DNA from: Rhizophagus irregularis
Lineage: Eukaryota
Length of the DNA: 64,000 nucleotides
Assembly: GCF_026210795.1 (NCBI RefSeq)
Contig: NC_089435.1
Location: 4,588,001-4,652,000 of the forward strand
Reading direction: 5' to 3'
The first letter of the stretch is position 1, and each line of letters begins with the position of its first letter. Of the stretch, positions 40,652 through 54,217 are shown piece after piece. A program made the translations under genes and the position numbers. The notes under the pieces are model-generated. The model did no database searches and was not told where the DNA came from. It saw only the letters and a list, made by a program, of their open reading frames with translations.

Positions 40652-41692
40652 TTTGACTCCAAATATATTTTTTTCTGTGAATTCAGTTGTGATGCCATCT
40701 TTTTGGTATGAAAGAAATAGAAAAAAAATATGATACGGTTATTTATAACTTCTTTTATTTTGGTATATATAACTAGTTCAAATTTCCGTTTGATTTTTAT
40801 TATAATACCAATTTATTTCGAAAAGAATTTCCTAATGCTTTATTTGATTCAGAAAGCGATTTCATTTTGGGCTTAAAGAATGTGATCAAATTAAGAGGAT
40901 ACAGTAAAATAACAACGATAACAAAATTATATCAATATTACATTCTAGTATTAAAATATGATAACGCAGAACCAAATTTTGTTGTACATGAATGTATTTC
41001 AAAATTCGAATCATTGATAAATATCAAAGATCCTAATTCCAGAGTAATTAATATGCAAAAATGATTATTAAAGAAATGGACCTGAGAAGGAAAAATCTTG
41101 AGTTAAATTTTCCGAATTACTTACCAAAGTTCTCCCAATCGAAGAAATTATATTAGCGAATGGAAATGTAGTTAATCCTTTGTTTCCTCAAATATGCCAG
41201 TTATACCTTATAATGATTATATATTAAATGAAGCTCAAAAAATAAAAGATAAATTATCTTCATCATACATTGGAATTCATTGGAAATTAGAAACAACACC
41301 TGAATTATTACCAAAATGTGTTCAAAGTCTTATTAAATATTATATAAAGTTATGAAAGGAGGAATTAACAATATTTATTTGTCCTCTTTCATCATCGTTC
41401 ACAGTCTAGTACATTTAAAGAAATCATCATGAAGCTATAAGAACATTAAATTAAACTTACAAAATAAATATCTGGGCTTCATTAGAGAACCTTGAACAAT
41501 TAAAAATATAATAAATTAAATGGTTCTGGGATACAAGAAATTTTGGATAAATTAATTTGTGTACATTCAAATTTTTTTATATATCGGGACCAAAGGGTTA
41601 GTCGAGAGTTTCATTTACTCAAAATATTGCAGTAATAGAATAGAAATAATGATCGTAGTTTATTATTAAATATAATTGATAAATGGAAATTA
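40652..41692 (+). pseudogene. O-fucosyltransferase-like copy 8, pseudogene
   Basis: Clear nucleotide homology (ggaattcattggaaattagaa; ggttctgggatacaagaaattttggataaa) with many indels and stops; start of exon 1 inverted at ~40652-40705. Confidence 0.88.
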
Positions 41693-42486
41693 GGAATTGT
41701 AAACCTACATATTTACTTATATTATATTTAAATTACGATCAACCGAAGAGGCGAAGACTTGTAATAGGTAACGCAAATATGTGTGTGACTTTGTCTCCCT
41801 TTTCTTTGTGTCATAAACCCATAATGCATTGATGCCTAGACTTTAATATTTATAAATCATGGATCAACAAATAATAATTCTTAGGCTAGAGTCCATTTTT
41901 CCGAATCAGTTGTTATCATAATTTTATATTTAGACTCTTGTTTGTAAAGTTAACATCATCTGCCGATTACTTTTTGATTACCGCCACATTAAAAAGAATT
42001 AAAAGAATTCGATGCGGAGCAACTTTTAGGCATCAGGAATTAATATATAATACACTAGAAGTTCTTTGGCTTAGTTCCCTGCCGCTGATATATTTGATTG
42101 CGTAACACGCCATATAGTTTAGGTTTTCTAACAACAATGCAACCTAAATTTTAATAAAAATATTGTTTGTGTTATTTAAAATACCCTTTTTTATCAACAT
42201 AAATAGTTGATCGTTTCATGCTCCCACATCCTTTTGTGCAAGGAGATATTTACGATTATGAGAATCATCCGTTGTATTAACAAGGTTACACGACTTTAGA
42301 TGTAATTTGTAGATCAAACAAATTATTTTTCATTTCATGAGTTGTGTGTTACAAATAACCGTTTTATTACAATTAATTTTATTGTCATTTGCCTTTTATA
42401 AATTTTTTCTTAAATATTCTCGCTTTTTTTTTAGGAAAAAAAAAAGGAAAAAAAAAAGAAAAATAAATAAAAAGAATATTTCAAAA

Positions 42487-43801
42487 ATGAAACAAGAATC
42501 GCCCACTACACTTGACATTGGAATTCAGCAACATAAACAATTTATTGATACTCCAAAAGGTAAAAATAATAATTTTTTTCAAAAGAAAATCTTTTTTTTT
42601 ATAAAAACGCCAATCGATATTAAAATAAATTATCAAAAAACTTTTTAATAGATGTTACTAAGAGTAATAAAAATGTTAAAGATACCACGGCTGCAAGTTT
42701 AATTGACAAAAATGTTGGTAATGATAATAAAAATAATAATGAAAATAATGATAATGATAATCCCCAGCCAATTGATAAAAAAATTTCAGAAGTACAACCA
42801 ATGGTAATAACAAACGGAACTGATATCAAGACTGTTGCCATGACGAATGGGAACGATCAAAATTCTATAGATAATAGTAATAATAATAATAATACTAATA
42901 ACAATAAAAGTAATAATAAAAGTAATAATGTTAATTCTAATAGTAAAGAAGAATTAGATGATATGCCTAATAAAGAACTTCTAAGCAAAATTTCAGAAAC
43001 TTTGGCCGAATTTTATGGTGGTGGAAAGGATTATGATGAATCAGAAGAAGCACAAAAGGAACGGCCACGCTCGGTAAATCTCTGATTTTAATTTTCTCTC
43101 TTTTTTTTTTTAATAAAAACATGTTTTTAACATCTTTATATATTGAATTAATTCATTATAGTGCGCAAAAGGTAAATTTTAAAAATTCTTTTTATTTTCT
43201 TTGTTATGCCATACAAATAAAATTTTAGTTTCTTTGAGCATAGGCAGTTCCACCTTTGTCAAGTAATTTGTACGAGATAGATTATTATGAAACCTTATTA
43301 AAAATTATTCAGAATGTTAAATAATTTATTTTGTATGGTTTAAAGATTAGCAAATTTATTCTAATTTATTTCAATTCGTTTATTGTTCATGTAGTATCTA
43401 ACATTACCTTAACTAATGAAGAAGAAGGAGAAGGAGAAGATATTGTTAACAGCATATATCCTGAAATAAAAATTCGGGATTTTGCATTTCCTACAGATGA
43501 TCCTCGACATTGGGGCCAAAAAATTATTGAAGAGGAGGAAGAAGAAGAAGATAGTGAATATGTTAATAGACGTGCACGTGCATTATATGATTTTGTAGCA
43601 GAAAATTCGAGTGAATTAAGTTTTCATGAAGGAGATATTCTTTTGGTGCAATGTCGACAATATGATGGTTGGTTAATGGCTAATTTAGGCGAAGAAACTG
43701 GTTTAATACCTGAAAATTACGTTAAGCTTTTAGATGATGATGATGATGATGATGATGATGAATATGGTAATTGGGCTGAAGAAGGAAATAATGATGAATA
43801 A
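42487..43801 (+). CDS. NBP2: SH3-domain protein, NBP2/Skb5-like (multi-exon)
   Basis: C-terminal SH3 (ARALYDF...ELSFHEGD...GWL...GLIPENYV) preceded by IRDFAFP..DPRHWG and an acidic tract, as in fungal Nbp2-like proteins; Asn-rich N-terminal region; middle exons uncertain. Confidence 0.6.
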
Positions 43802-44288
43802 TATTTTGTATGTCTTTTCTTCTTTTTCTTTAGTTGAGTGAAAACACATTTGTTAAAAGTTAATTCTTATTTTCATGCTTGTCTGGTTACAAAGTTTGGA
43901 ATTGAGAATAACTGTATATAATTTATTTTTATTTTTTTTATTTTTTTTAAAAAATTTCTTTAGTAATTTCTAATATTTATTTTTTTCCGGGTAATTTGAT
44001 GTAATTAAGTTACTATTTTTTATTTGAAATTTATTTATTATAATAGACATATTGTCTATTACCAAAATTTTTTCTTTATTTATTTTATAATTAGATCCTT
44101 TAGCTTGTGTTTGTATAATTACAAAAAAAAATTGTATTAAAATTATAGTAATTTATTTAATAAAAACCAAAATAAACGACTTTCAGTAGCCAAAAGAACG
44201 AAATTCAACATGTTTAATTGAGATAGGTAAATGAAATATATAAATATAATCGTACAATAAACTAATAAACACATGATTTTACAAAAAT

Positions 44289-46392
44289 TTATGATTTTTG
44301 AACAATATCAATTAAAACAGGAATAATAGAAGGATCAGCTAAAGTACTTAAATCACCTAATTGATTGGTTTCTCCAGAAACAATTTTTCTAAGAACACGC
44401 CTCATAATTTTACCACTACGAGTTTTAGGTAAATCACTAGAAATATAAATCTTCTTTGGAGCAGCAAAAGGTCCAATAACTTTCCTAACTTGTAAAACCA
44501 ATTCGCTAACATCAGTTCCACCTTGATCAGGTTTAAGGGTACAAAAAGCATGTACACATTGACCTGTTAAATCGTCATGTACACCAATTACAGCAGCTTC
44601 TGCAACAGATTGATGTGAAATTAAAGCAGATTCAATTTCAGCAGTAGATAAGCGATGACCTGAGACACTAATAACATCATCTACACGACCTCTAATCCAA
44701 TAAAAACCATCATGATCTCTACCAACTCCATCCCCAGTGAAATAATAACCTTTATAAACATTTAAATAAGTATCCATATATCTATGATGATTATTATAAA
44801 CGGTTCTTGCCATCGAAGGCCAAGGATTTTTAATTACCAAAACTCCTTCGACATCATTCCCTTCAAGTTCTTTTCCTGTTTCGGCTTCTAATACTGCAGG
44901 TTCAATACCAAAGAATGGGAAAGTAGCAGAACCTGGTTTCATTGGAGTTGCTCCCGGTAGAGGTGTGAGGACGATAGAACCGGTTTCCGTCTGCCAATAA
45001 GTATCAACTACTGAACATTCTTTTCTTCCTACTACTTCATAATACCATTCCCAAGCTTCAGGATTAATCGGTTCCCCTACGGAACCAATAATTCTAAGAC
45101 TAGATAAATCATGACCTTTAACATAATCATTACCAAATCTTCTTAATAATCTAATTGCAGTTGGTGCAGTATATAATTGAGTAATTTTATGTTGAGCAAC
45201 AACTTCCCAATATCTACTTGCTGTAGGATAGACTGGTGTGGACTCGAATAATACTGTTGTGGCCCCATTTAGTAATGGCCCATATATGATATAAGTATGT
45301 CCTGTAATCCATCCAATATCTGCCATACATCCATAAACATCATTTTCTTGATAGTCAAAAGTATATTTAAAAGTAATTGCCGCTCCCAGTAAATATCCTG
45401 CTGTAGCATGAACAACACCTTTAGGTTTTCCTGTTGACCCTGAAGTATAAAGTAAAAACAGTGGATCTTCTGCATTAACAATTTCAGGTGGACAATAGGG
45501 TCGATGTTTTTCCAATTCCTCATGCCACCATAAATCACGCGGAGCAGAGAATGGAACTTCAGATCCGGTACGACGAAATACGAGTACGTGCTCAACCGTA
45601 GAACATCCTTCTAATGCAACGTCAACGATCTTTTTTGTGTGGATGGTTTTACCCCCACGTCTTCCTTCATCAGCTGTAATAACTAGTTTACTTGAGGCAT
45701 CGATAATACGACTACGTAATGCTTCAGAAGAGAATCCGGCAAATACAACAGAATGGACTAGGCCTAATCTTGCACATGCCAAGAATGCTACCGCAGCTTC
45801 AGGAATCATGGGCATATAAATGGCCACTGTATCACCTTTCTTTAATCCTAATGACTTTAAGGTATTGGCAAGACGACTAACTTCATGTAATAATTCTCCG
45901 TAAGTTATACGACGAGAATTTCCTGGTTCATCAGCTTCATGAATAATTGCAACCTATTATAATAGTAAGTACCGACACGAAAAAAACATTAATACATATC
46001 AATGCAAAGGATATGTTTAAGAAATTCGAAAATTACCTTATCGGGATTGGCAAGAGCGTGTCTATCAATACAATTATAAGAAGCATTCAATTCACCTTCA
46101 CGGAACCAAGCTACATCCCCATGCTCAAGTCCGCCAGTCAGAACAGTTTCGAAAGGTTTATGCCAATGTAGAAGTTCCTTGGCTTGCTATTAATAATTTA
46201 AATTTGATTAATATCTATACAATAAAATATATTTGAACTAATGTTAACACTTACTTTTCCCCAGAATGCTTGAGGGTCCTTGATACTCTCTTCATAAATT
46301 TTTTTATATTTCTCAAAGGAATCGATATGAGGTTTAGGACATTTTGAAGAGTCTAAAAGACGCGAAGGAACTTGATGAACAGTGTCAGACAT
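44289..46392 (-). CDS. ACS1: Acetyl-CoA synthetase (AMP-forming), 3 exons
   Basis: [38 protein letters not shown] motifs; exon 1 MSDTVHQVP...PQAFWGK; GT-AG introns at ~46254-46188 and ~46017-45954. Confidence 0.95.
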
Positions 46393-48804
46393 GACTATTT
46401 TTTTTTCGTATTTGAGTGTGAAATCTGGGGGGGAGAGAGGATTCTTATTTATATCTATTAAAATCTGTATACACAAAATTTGTACTAGATTATCCAATCC
46501 AAATATTTTATCAATGACCAGCAGAAATCTGCAGCTTGTGACTTAAATTTAATTGCAATAATTAATTACTAAATTTACATATAGCTTTATTAAAACTAAT
46601 TTAGAATAACTTATTATCTTTATTAATAAATTACAATAAAAGTCGAGTAAATATTGTTTTAAATTTGCTAAATTTGGATAATTGCGTTGAGAATACCACA
46701 GTTTTCTTTATGTTTCAGTCCTTCATTGCTCAAGATGTACGGCCAGACGGGAGTAATCAAAAAAAAAGACATTGATTATAGTTTTCCAAATAAATATGCA
46801 TCATGTATGAATTCGTTAAAATGTACCGTATTTACCGAAAATGAATTTGTTCCCGTCACTTTTCATCTTTATTTTGTTTTTTTTTGTACAGGCGAAAAGA
46901 TATGAATAAGATAAATTAGGCTAACTACTTCCTATATGGTTAATTTTACTTTTAATGCCGGTCAAAGTTGATTGAAGACCTATTGTTAATTACAAAAATC
47001 TACCCTTTTTTTTATCTTATTTAGCTTTTATCAAATCAAATAGTTAAATGTATAAGTATTTATATATTTATTAAAAATACTATTAGTAATATTAATTTTT
47101 TTTATTTCCTATTAATATAAATTTTACTAATTATTTAAAAAATTATAAAAGCACAAAAAAAAGTTATAAAAAACCCATCTGGTATAATTGTATAGCTAGC
47201 ATATTCTTATAAAAAGATATTATTAGAAATATTTTTTAATTAAAACAGAATGCTGTAATACCTTTCCTTTATCTATTAACTTATCTAAAAATTCTGATTA
47301 TTTTTATAAAAAAATATTATAAATATTTTTTAATTAAAAATACCAATATTTTTTTCTTTTTATCTTAATATATTTTATTAATTTATTCAAAAATGCTAGC
47401 ATCTTTTAAAAAAAAAAATAAAAAGAAATATTAAAATAAAGACATTTTAATAAATAGTTTTATTTAATATTATATAATACAAGAAAATTAAAGGAAAAAG
47501 AATTATAATAAAAATTTAAATATATAATAAAGATAATTGACCAATAGTATTTAATATAAAGTATTTGTTTAAATTTAATCGTTTGGCAAAAATAAGAAAA
47601 GTAGGTTATTTATAAAATACTAATACATTTTTTAATTATATTTAATTTTATATAAATTAGTTTACTTAATTGTTTAAAAAAATCTAATATTTTTTATAAA
47701 AAACATTTTTTATACAATATATACAACTTAGTTATAACAACTAAAATTGATAAAATTTAAATTACTACTAGTCTACTTACTTAAAAAAAATGATAAATAT
47801 AAAGTATAATCATACAATGATAAAATAAAACAATTTTAATAAAGTTATAATTTTAAATTTTTTATAAAATGTTTTTTAATAAAGTAATAACAATTCAAAA
47901 TTAGAATATTTTACTATTAAATTAAATATTTTGGCCACTTTACTCTGATTAAAATTATATGTAAATCTGGCTAAATCACTTTTAACTATATAAATTTAGC
48001 TAAAAATATATAAGTATTGCTAAATATCATCATTGATAATTGTTACTTTATCAGAATTAGAATAGAATTTTGAGCAGAATTAAAAATATCATGAAACTTT
48101 ACCCATCAATATTTGCTAATGCTGATGCAGTAAAAATCACCTGCAATGAGATTTAGCAATATCCAAAATATATATAAGTCTGGTCAAAATTAAAAATTAT
48201 AATCTAAACTAAACTATATAAATCTAACCAATAAAATTGCAAGTTTAATATATTATATAATATTTTAAATTTGGCTGCTTAAAAATTTTTTGTTGTAACT
48301 AAATTATATAATTATATTATTTAAAAGAAAAATTTTAAATATAAAAAAAAAATAAAGTTTATTTTTTTTAAAAATTTAATATTAAAATTTAATATTTTTT
48401 AATTATATTAAAGATTTATATTATTAATATTCATCTATTTGATTTTTTATATAAATTAAATAATTAATTATATATATTAAACAGTTATTTTTATATAAAT
48501 TTACAAAATAAAAAAAGATTTACTATATTTAAATTAAAAAAGCTGTTTTTCAGATAATTTTTTAAAAACTATAAAATTTTAATTGTTTAATAATCTTTTT
48601 ATTTTATTGATTGATATCTGACGATGTATTATCTATATCGTATAACCAAAATTTTTTTTAACAAAAATTTTAAAATTTTAGGCTATTTTAATTTAATTAT
48701 TTGTTTAATATATCCTTTTCCTTTTTATTTTTTTAAAAATCTGGATTTTATTAATATATAGTTTAAAGGGTTTTGCTAAAGATCACCAGTGGTAACCGTC
48801 ACTA

Positions 48805-48885
48805 GTGGTAATTTTCACTACATGTGATTTTCACTACACATGATTTTCACTACATGTGATTTTCACCAGTAGTGATTTTCACTAT
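48805..48885. repeat. Subterminal ~16-bp tandem repeats (gtgattttcactacat) of the MULE
   Basis: About five copies directly visible just inside the left TIR. Confidence 0.8.
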
Positions 48886-49023
48886 TAAAAATTTTTTGTT
48901 TGACGTGATTGATTTTTTATGGTTGATTTTTCGTATTTATTTTTCTGACTAAAATCTTTACAATTTTTATTGTATCAAATTATCTTGAAATGATTTATTT
49001 ATTGTATTAAAAACTAAAAATAT

Positions 49024-52000
49024 CTAGTTTGATTTATTTGACTTATTCTTAAGTCTACAACTACGAGCATTATGTTCAACAGCTTTGCAATAACCACATG
49101 AATATTTTACACCACTTCCTTTTTCCTTTTGTATCTCTATACTATCATTATACTGAGAAGATTCACCTGGCTTATTGTATTGTTGTCTTGAACGCTGGAT
49201 TGCCACTTTCATTTGTTTATCAAAAGCCTCTTCCGATTTACTAATCCTATACAAAAAAGAACAATAAAAATTTAAGTTTTATTATTAAAGGATCTATTAT
49301 AACAAACACATTAAGTTGGATATACTTACACATCTTGCTGTTGTAAATCCTCAGTGGTGGTAGTATGCATTTTGCCTTTACCCTTATTAATGTGTCGTAT
49401 TGGCACACAAACATTTTTATTAAGATGTTTGGTAGTTGAACTTTCTAATTCATTATTTAATTCATTATTTGTATATTCGTTAATTGTAATGTTTTTTTGT
49501 TTCATTGGTTGTTTATCATTAGCTGTAATCTTTATTATTGCATGAGATTTGCTAAATTTAATTCCCAAGAAGTAAATGGCGCATTAGCCATATAAAAAAA
49601 ATATTATTTAACAATAAAATAAAAAAAAACCTAATAGCTTACATGGTTGTATGCATATTTTCATTATGATAGTGTTTATTTTCTAATGTACTCTTTATAC
49701 GCTTCTTTTTAGGAGCACCCTTTAGACAAAGGCTCTTTATAAGGATTGCTAATATTCAAAAGGTTTTCCTTATTGGATTCATTCTCTTGATTAACATAAA
49801 TTTCTTTTTTCTTATCTTTGATCCAATGTTGTAAAAGCCTATTCAACTCGTTTTCACAGCTATTTTCAAGAGCTAAATTTAAAGCCTTCTTTGCATATCC
49901 AAGTCCTTGACTATACTTTACTTGATTAGACAAATTTTTTTTGACAGTCTCTGAAAATACTTGAATATGACGAATTTCATTCAACATATTAAAATTCATC
50001 TCAATTTGGTGTTCGTATACAACTTCACTATCACCTGACGCATTATTGCAAACAATAATTGCAGCTTCTTTTTGGGATTTATATGTTATATCAATGTACC
50101 ATCAATTTGGAATAAGACCAACATGAAATATGGCCTTATTTGAAGCAAGCATCACTGAAAAAAAATGACGACAAACAATTCCTCTTGTTACAAGATACAT
50201 ACATGTGCACAAGTGATTAGCATTTCCATAAACAACCACGAAGTGTTCTTTATTTTGTTCGATGGTTGAGACATGCCATACCTCATGAATACTTTCTTGA
50301 TCAATATATGTAATTAAGGAAGCCAAATTTGATAATACAGATTCATAATTATCTTCGGCAAATTCTATATTACTGGCCTCTTCCATCGGATCAGAATCAT
50401 ATCCTTAATCAATGCTACCAGACTCATCCATCAGATCAGAATCATATCCTTGATCAACCATGCTGGTCTTTTTAATTAAGTTGGATTCTTTATCGATAAA
50501 GTTTAACTACAATATTGGATAAGATTAAATCAACTCATATATCTATACCATGAACTAGCTAATAACAAATTTATACCTCATGATTAAGTAAATCTTTCCA
50601 ATCCTTAATTCTTTTAGTACGATAAAGCAAGCTCTCATTCATTTGACTATGTTGTATCTTCAATACTCGTGGTGTAAGATACTTTTTAATAATTACATCA
50701 ATCCGTTTAAAGAATCTGTTAACAATATTGGGTAATCCTACAGTTGGATTTTTATGGCTTTGTTCTTCTAACCGTTCAAATTGTTCTTCTTTATCGAGTT
50801 GCAACTGAATCTCTGTATTCAGTTTGAATAATGTTGTAGAACTCCTAACAGATCACTTAATCAACGCATTGTAACTTTTAACACGTGATGTTGATTGGAT
50901 CCCAGCATTAAAAGATCGATGGGTGTAGCATAAAGCCCAGCTAGTCACATCAGTACCGCATTCAATATATTTTCGCGCTGCTGAAAAGTTAATAAGAAGG
51001 TTTTGCCATCAATTTTCAAATTCATCTTCAGAAAAACTATTACGGCATTTATTCCATTCCACTATAAAATCAGAATATTTACTATAAAGCTTTCCTTTTA
51101 AGTTTTTCTCAAGATTTTTGTGTATGTGCCAAATGCAATAGTTGTGTTTTGTTGAAGGCAATGTTTCATGAACAGCTGCAACCATAGTAGGATTTGCATC
51201 CGTAAACAATACTCTTAGTGCAAGATCATTAGTGGCCCGTAATAAACACTTAAGGATCCATTAGTAAGTTTCCTTGGTTTCGTCTGACATAACAGCAGTT
51301 GCAACCATCTGGGAGCATGTATAATTATCCACAACAATCATAAGAGATAGATACATACGATACTTATTTGTTTGTGATGTATTATCATAAATCGCAACAT
51401 CATGAAATCTTTGCCATAAATCAATTTGGGATGGCCTCATCCAAAACAACCTGGTAAGATGATTATCTTCCCCTTCCAATCTTACCTCAACAAACCAGCC
51501 ATGTTCTTCGTGTTGCAGCTGTATTAATCTGTTATATATTTCAGCTGCATCAGTCTTTACTATTTTCCCGCTACGCTAAAAAATACATATCGCATTGTAT
51601 ACATTTTTAGGATAAATTCTTGCATCAGGAAAACGTTTTTGGAGTCCATGAATGATTGGACCTGCACTACAACCAATATTAACAAGAAATTCGACCTCTT
51701 CAAGCATTTCTGGACTGAGACGATAAAATTTTGATGCCATATCTCTTATATTTTCAATTAAGGGATGGTTGTGCTCCTTGCATAATGAGGTAATACGTAT
51801 AATACCACTAGAAAGGTAAAGGTTAACTTTCCAAAGGCAGTTTTTCTTTACACTTTCATGCTCACAGTTGTCTTCTATATCTGCTTTCTTTCTTGCATGA
51901 TATTCACGAGAATTCTTGCACTCAAATGTACGACTTATTATTTCGCCATGTTTATTTCTCCCAAGTCGACGCTTTAAAATCTCAAAACCAGTTTCTGTTG

Positions 52001-52538
52001 CATGTTTCTCAATTTGTCTTTCAGCTAGATCCCAGTCTTCGAAGGTATCTCTTGAAAGAGCAAGAACTTTAATAACTTATGACAAAAAACATATTGTACA
52101 ATCATATATTGTATAGTATATAATACCTATTTCAAGCTTAAATGCTATATTATCATCAAATTCTATACTCTCGCTATCTGTACTTTTCACACTCGACAAG
52201 ATGCTTTCACCCTCAACCTCTGTACTCTCACTATCTGTACTTTCCACATTTGACAAGTCATTTTTGCCCTCAACCTCTTCAAAGGCGTCTCCTAAATGAA
52301 AAAAAATTTTAATAACTTTTAATGAAAAAACACACATTATATTCATATAATTATTGTATACAATACCTACTTTAAGCCCAAACACTACCTTATCATCAAA
52401 ATCTACTATATTCTCACTGTCCGTACTTGCTTTGTTCGCAATCTCCTCAAATTCCTTCTGTAAGGAGTTAACGTCAGCAATCTCCTCCTCTTCTGAGGAA
52501 TATACTACTAAAAAAGGACGTTTAGGGCTTTTGTCCAT
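49024..52538 (-). pseudogene. MULE (FAR1-like) transposase with SWIM finger and zinc knuckle, inactivated
   Basis: DNTSQTNKYRM, DETKETY, FTDAN...HNYCIWHI MULE core; CTC...GIVCRH SWIM; CGYC...H...SC knuckle; several in-frame stops. Confidence 0.88.
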
Positions 52539-53076
52539 TATAAATTTGTGCTATGTGTTGATTTTATTTGGTTCAAATCAGAGAACGACCCTTTTTTGTC
52601 ATTATAACTGTGATGTGTTGTTTTATTTAGTCCAATAAATTAGAGAGAGCGCGTGAAAACTCTTTTTAAAAATCATACGTACATGTGTCACATGGTCGCA
52701 TGCGATCAAATTTTATATCAAAATTTTAGCCGATCACTGATCAATTTTCGAATTTTAAATTTTCTATTAAAATTGAATGTGGTGACGGTCACCGCTGGTG
52801 ATCTTTAGCAAAACCCTAGTTTAAATATTTATTCTAAATTTAAATTATTTAAATTACAATTTTCCAAAATTTTCTGAATTTTTTCAAAATATATTATATT
52901 TATTTGTTTATTATAGACCTTCTCTTTTTCCTCAAACTTTTCATAAATTCTAAATATTAAACAAACAATTAAATTAAAGTGACTTTATTATAGTTAATAT
53001 TAAATTAATAATTATTAATATATTTATTATTTAAATCAAAATTTTTACAATTAGTTTTTTTTTTTTTAAAAAAACT

Positions 53077-53810
53077 TTATTATAGATGCGATCATGTCCC
53101 TATTATAATCACGCTTACTTACATATATAAACTTACAAAATATAAGACAAACAAATACATATAAGAATTAAGCATTATGAAACAAGACTACTTTTTATAA
53201 AGAACAAGTCGACCTATCACCTAAACGATCACATCATAGTTAAAACCCATGATGCAACCTCAAATTCAAAGGTGACTGTCATGATCTACCTAAAAATTTG
53301 CCCAATGACCGCCTCGATGGAATGCCAAATCATTTCATTTATTCCAATTACTTTCTAACATCTTACAGCCAACATCTTTAACACCCACTTCAGTGCGTTT
53401 ACTATGTGACTTAGCTTTTTTATCTTTACCGCTAATACCGCACCGCTTTTCTTCCTTTATTTGTAACTCATTCCTTGGTTCCCAAATAAGCACTTTGAAT
53501 TCCAATAAAGCTCTCCCAGTTATTTGTTTCAGTACCTTATACAACAATTTTTCTTCAGTTATTTTATAGTACCTTAATAATTCTATTAACTAACAACTAA
53601 CTTGATTCTTCATTAAAAATGTAAAATCATATAAACACCCAATATCCCACATACTTAGCTCATTAATTTTACCTTTTAATTCTTGTATATCTATATTATC
53701 TTTTGAATACTCCTGTATAATTTTCACTAAACTACACGTTATAAATAACGTGCATGTATGATTCTTTCTTTATTAAAAAAGCTGTATGTACATACTATCG
53801 GATACAGAAT
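53077..53810 (-). mobile_element. Decayed 3' end of a non-LTR retrotransposon
   Basis: Stop-ridden frame ending ...FKVLIWEPRNELQIKEEKRCGIS, followed by a 3'UTR-like tract ending gatcgcatctataataa and an A-rich tail on the minus strand. Confidence 0.45.
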
Positions 53811-54217
53811 GATAAATTTTTACAATTAGTATTTTTAACTTTAACTAAAATTATAACTAGTATTTTAAATTCTAATTAAATTATAATTTTTGGTCAAAAT
53901 TAAATAGTAATAATTACTAATAATAATAATTACTATTGGTGAAATTTAGTAATATTTATATAAAATAATTAAATTTTTTTTTTAAAAAAAAATAAATAAT
54001 ACTTATTATATATAATACAATTATATTTAATAATAGTAGAGGTCAACTATATTTTTTATCTACTGATCTTTTAACCATTTTCTTAGCAAAAGTTACTATA
54101 GAAAATTTAAGTTTTTTTCATTTGAATAATGTAAGATATTTTTTAATAGTTTAAAAACTTTAAAGAGTTTCTTTTAAGATTTGTTTAAATTTTAAATTCT
54201 TAGTTTTGGTAAAACTA

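Larger units (their letters stand above)
48768..52816. mobile_element. Full-length Mutator-like element (MULE)
   Basis: 35-bp TIR gggttttgctaaagatcaccagtggtaaccgtcac with 2 mismatches; 9-bp TSD tagtttaaa at 48759-48767 and 52817-52825; encloses transposase remnants. Confidence 0.95.

Noticed and set aside
45269..46171. Alternative-frame and antisense ORFs within ACS
   Set aside because: Shadows of acetyl-CoA synthetase.
21570..46392. GT array plus acetyl-CoA synthetase as a Nod-like biosynthetic cluster
   Set aside because: ACS is a housekeeping gene separated by an SH3 gene; no chitin synthase, deacetylase, acyltransferase or GDP-fucose synthesis genes in the window.
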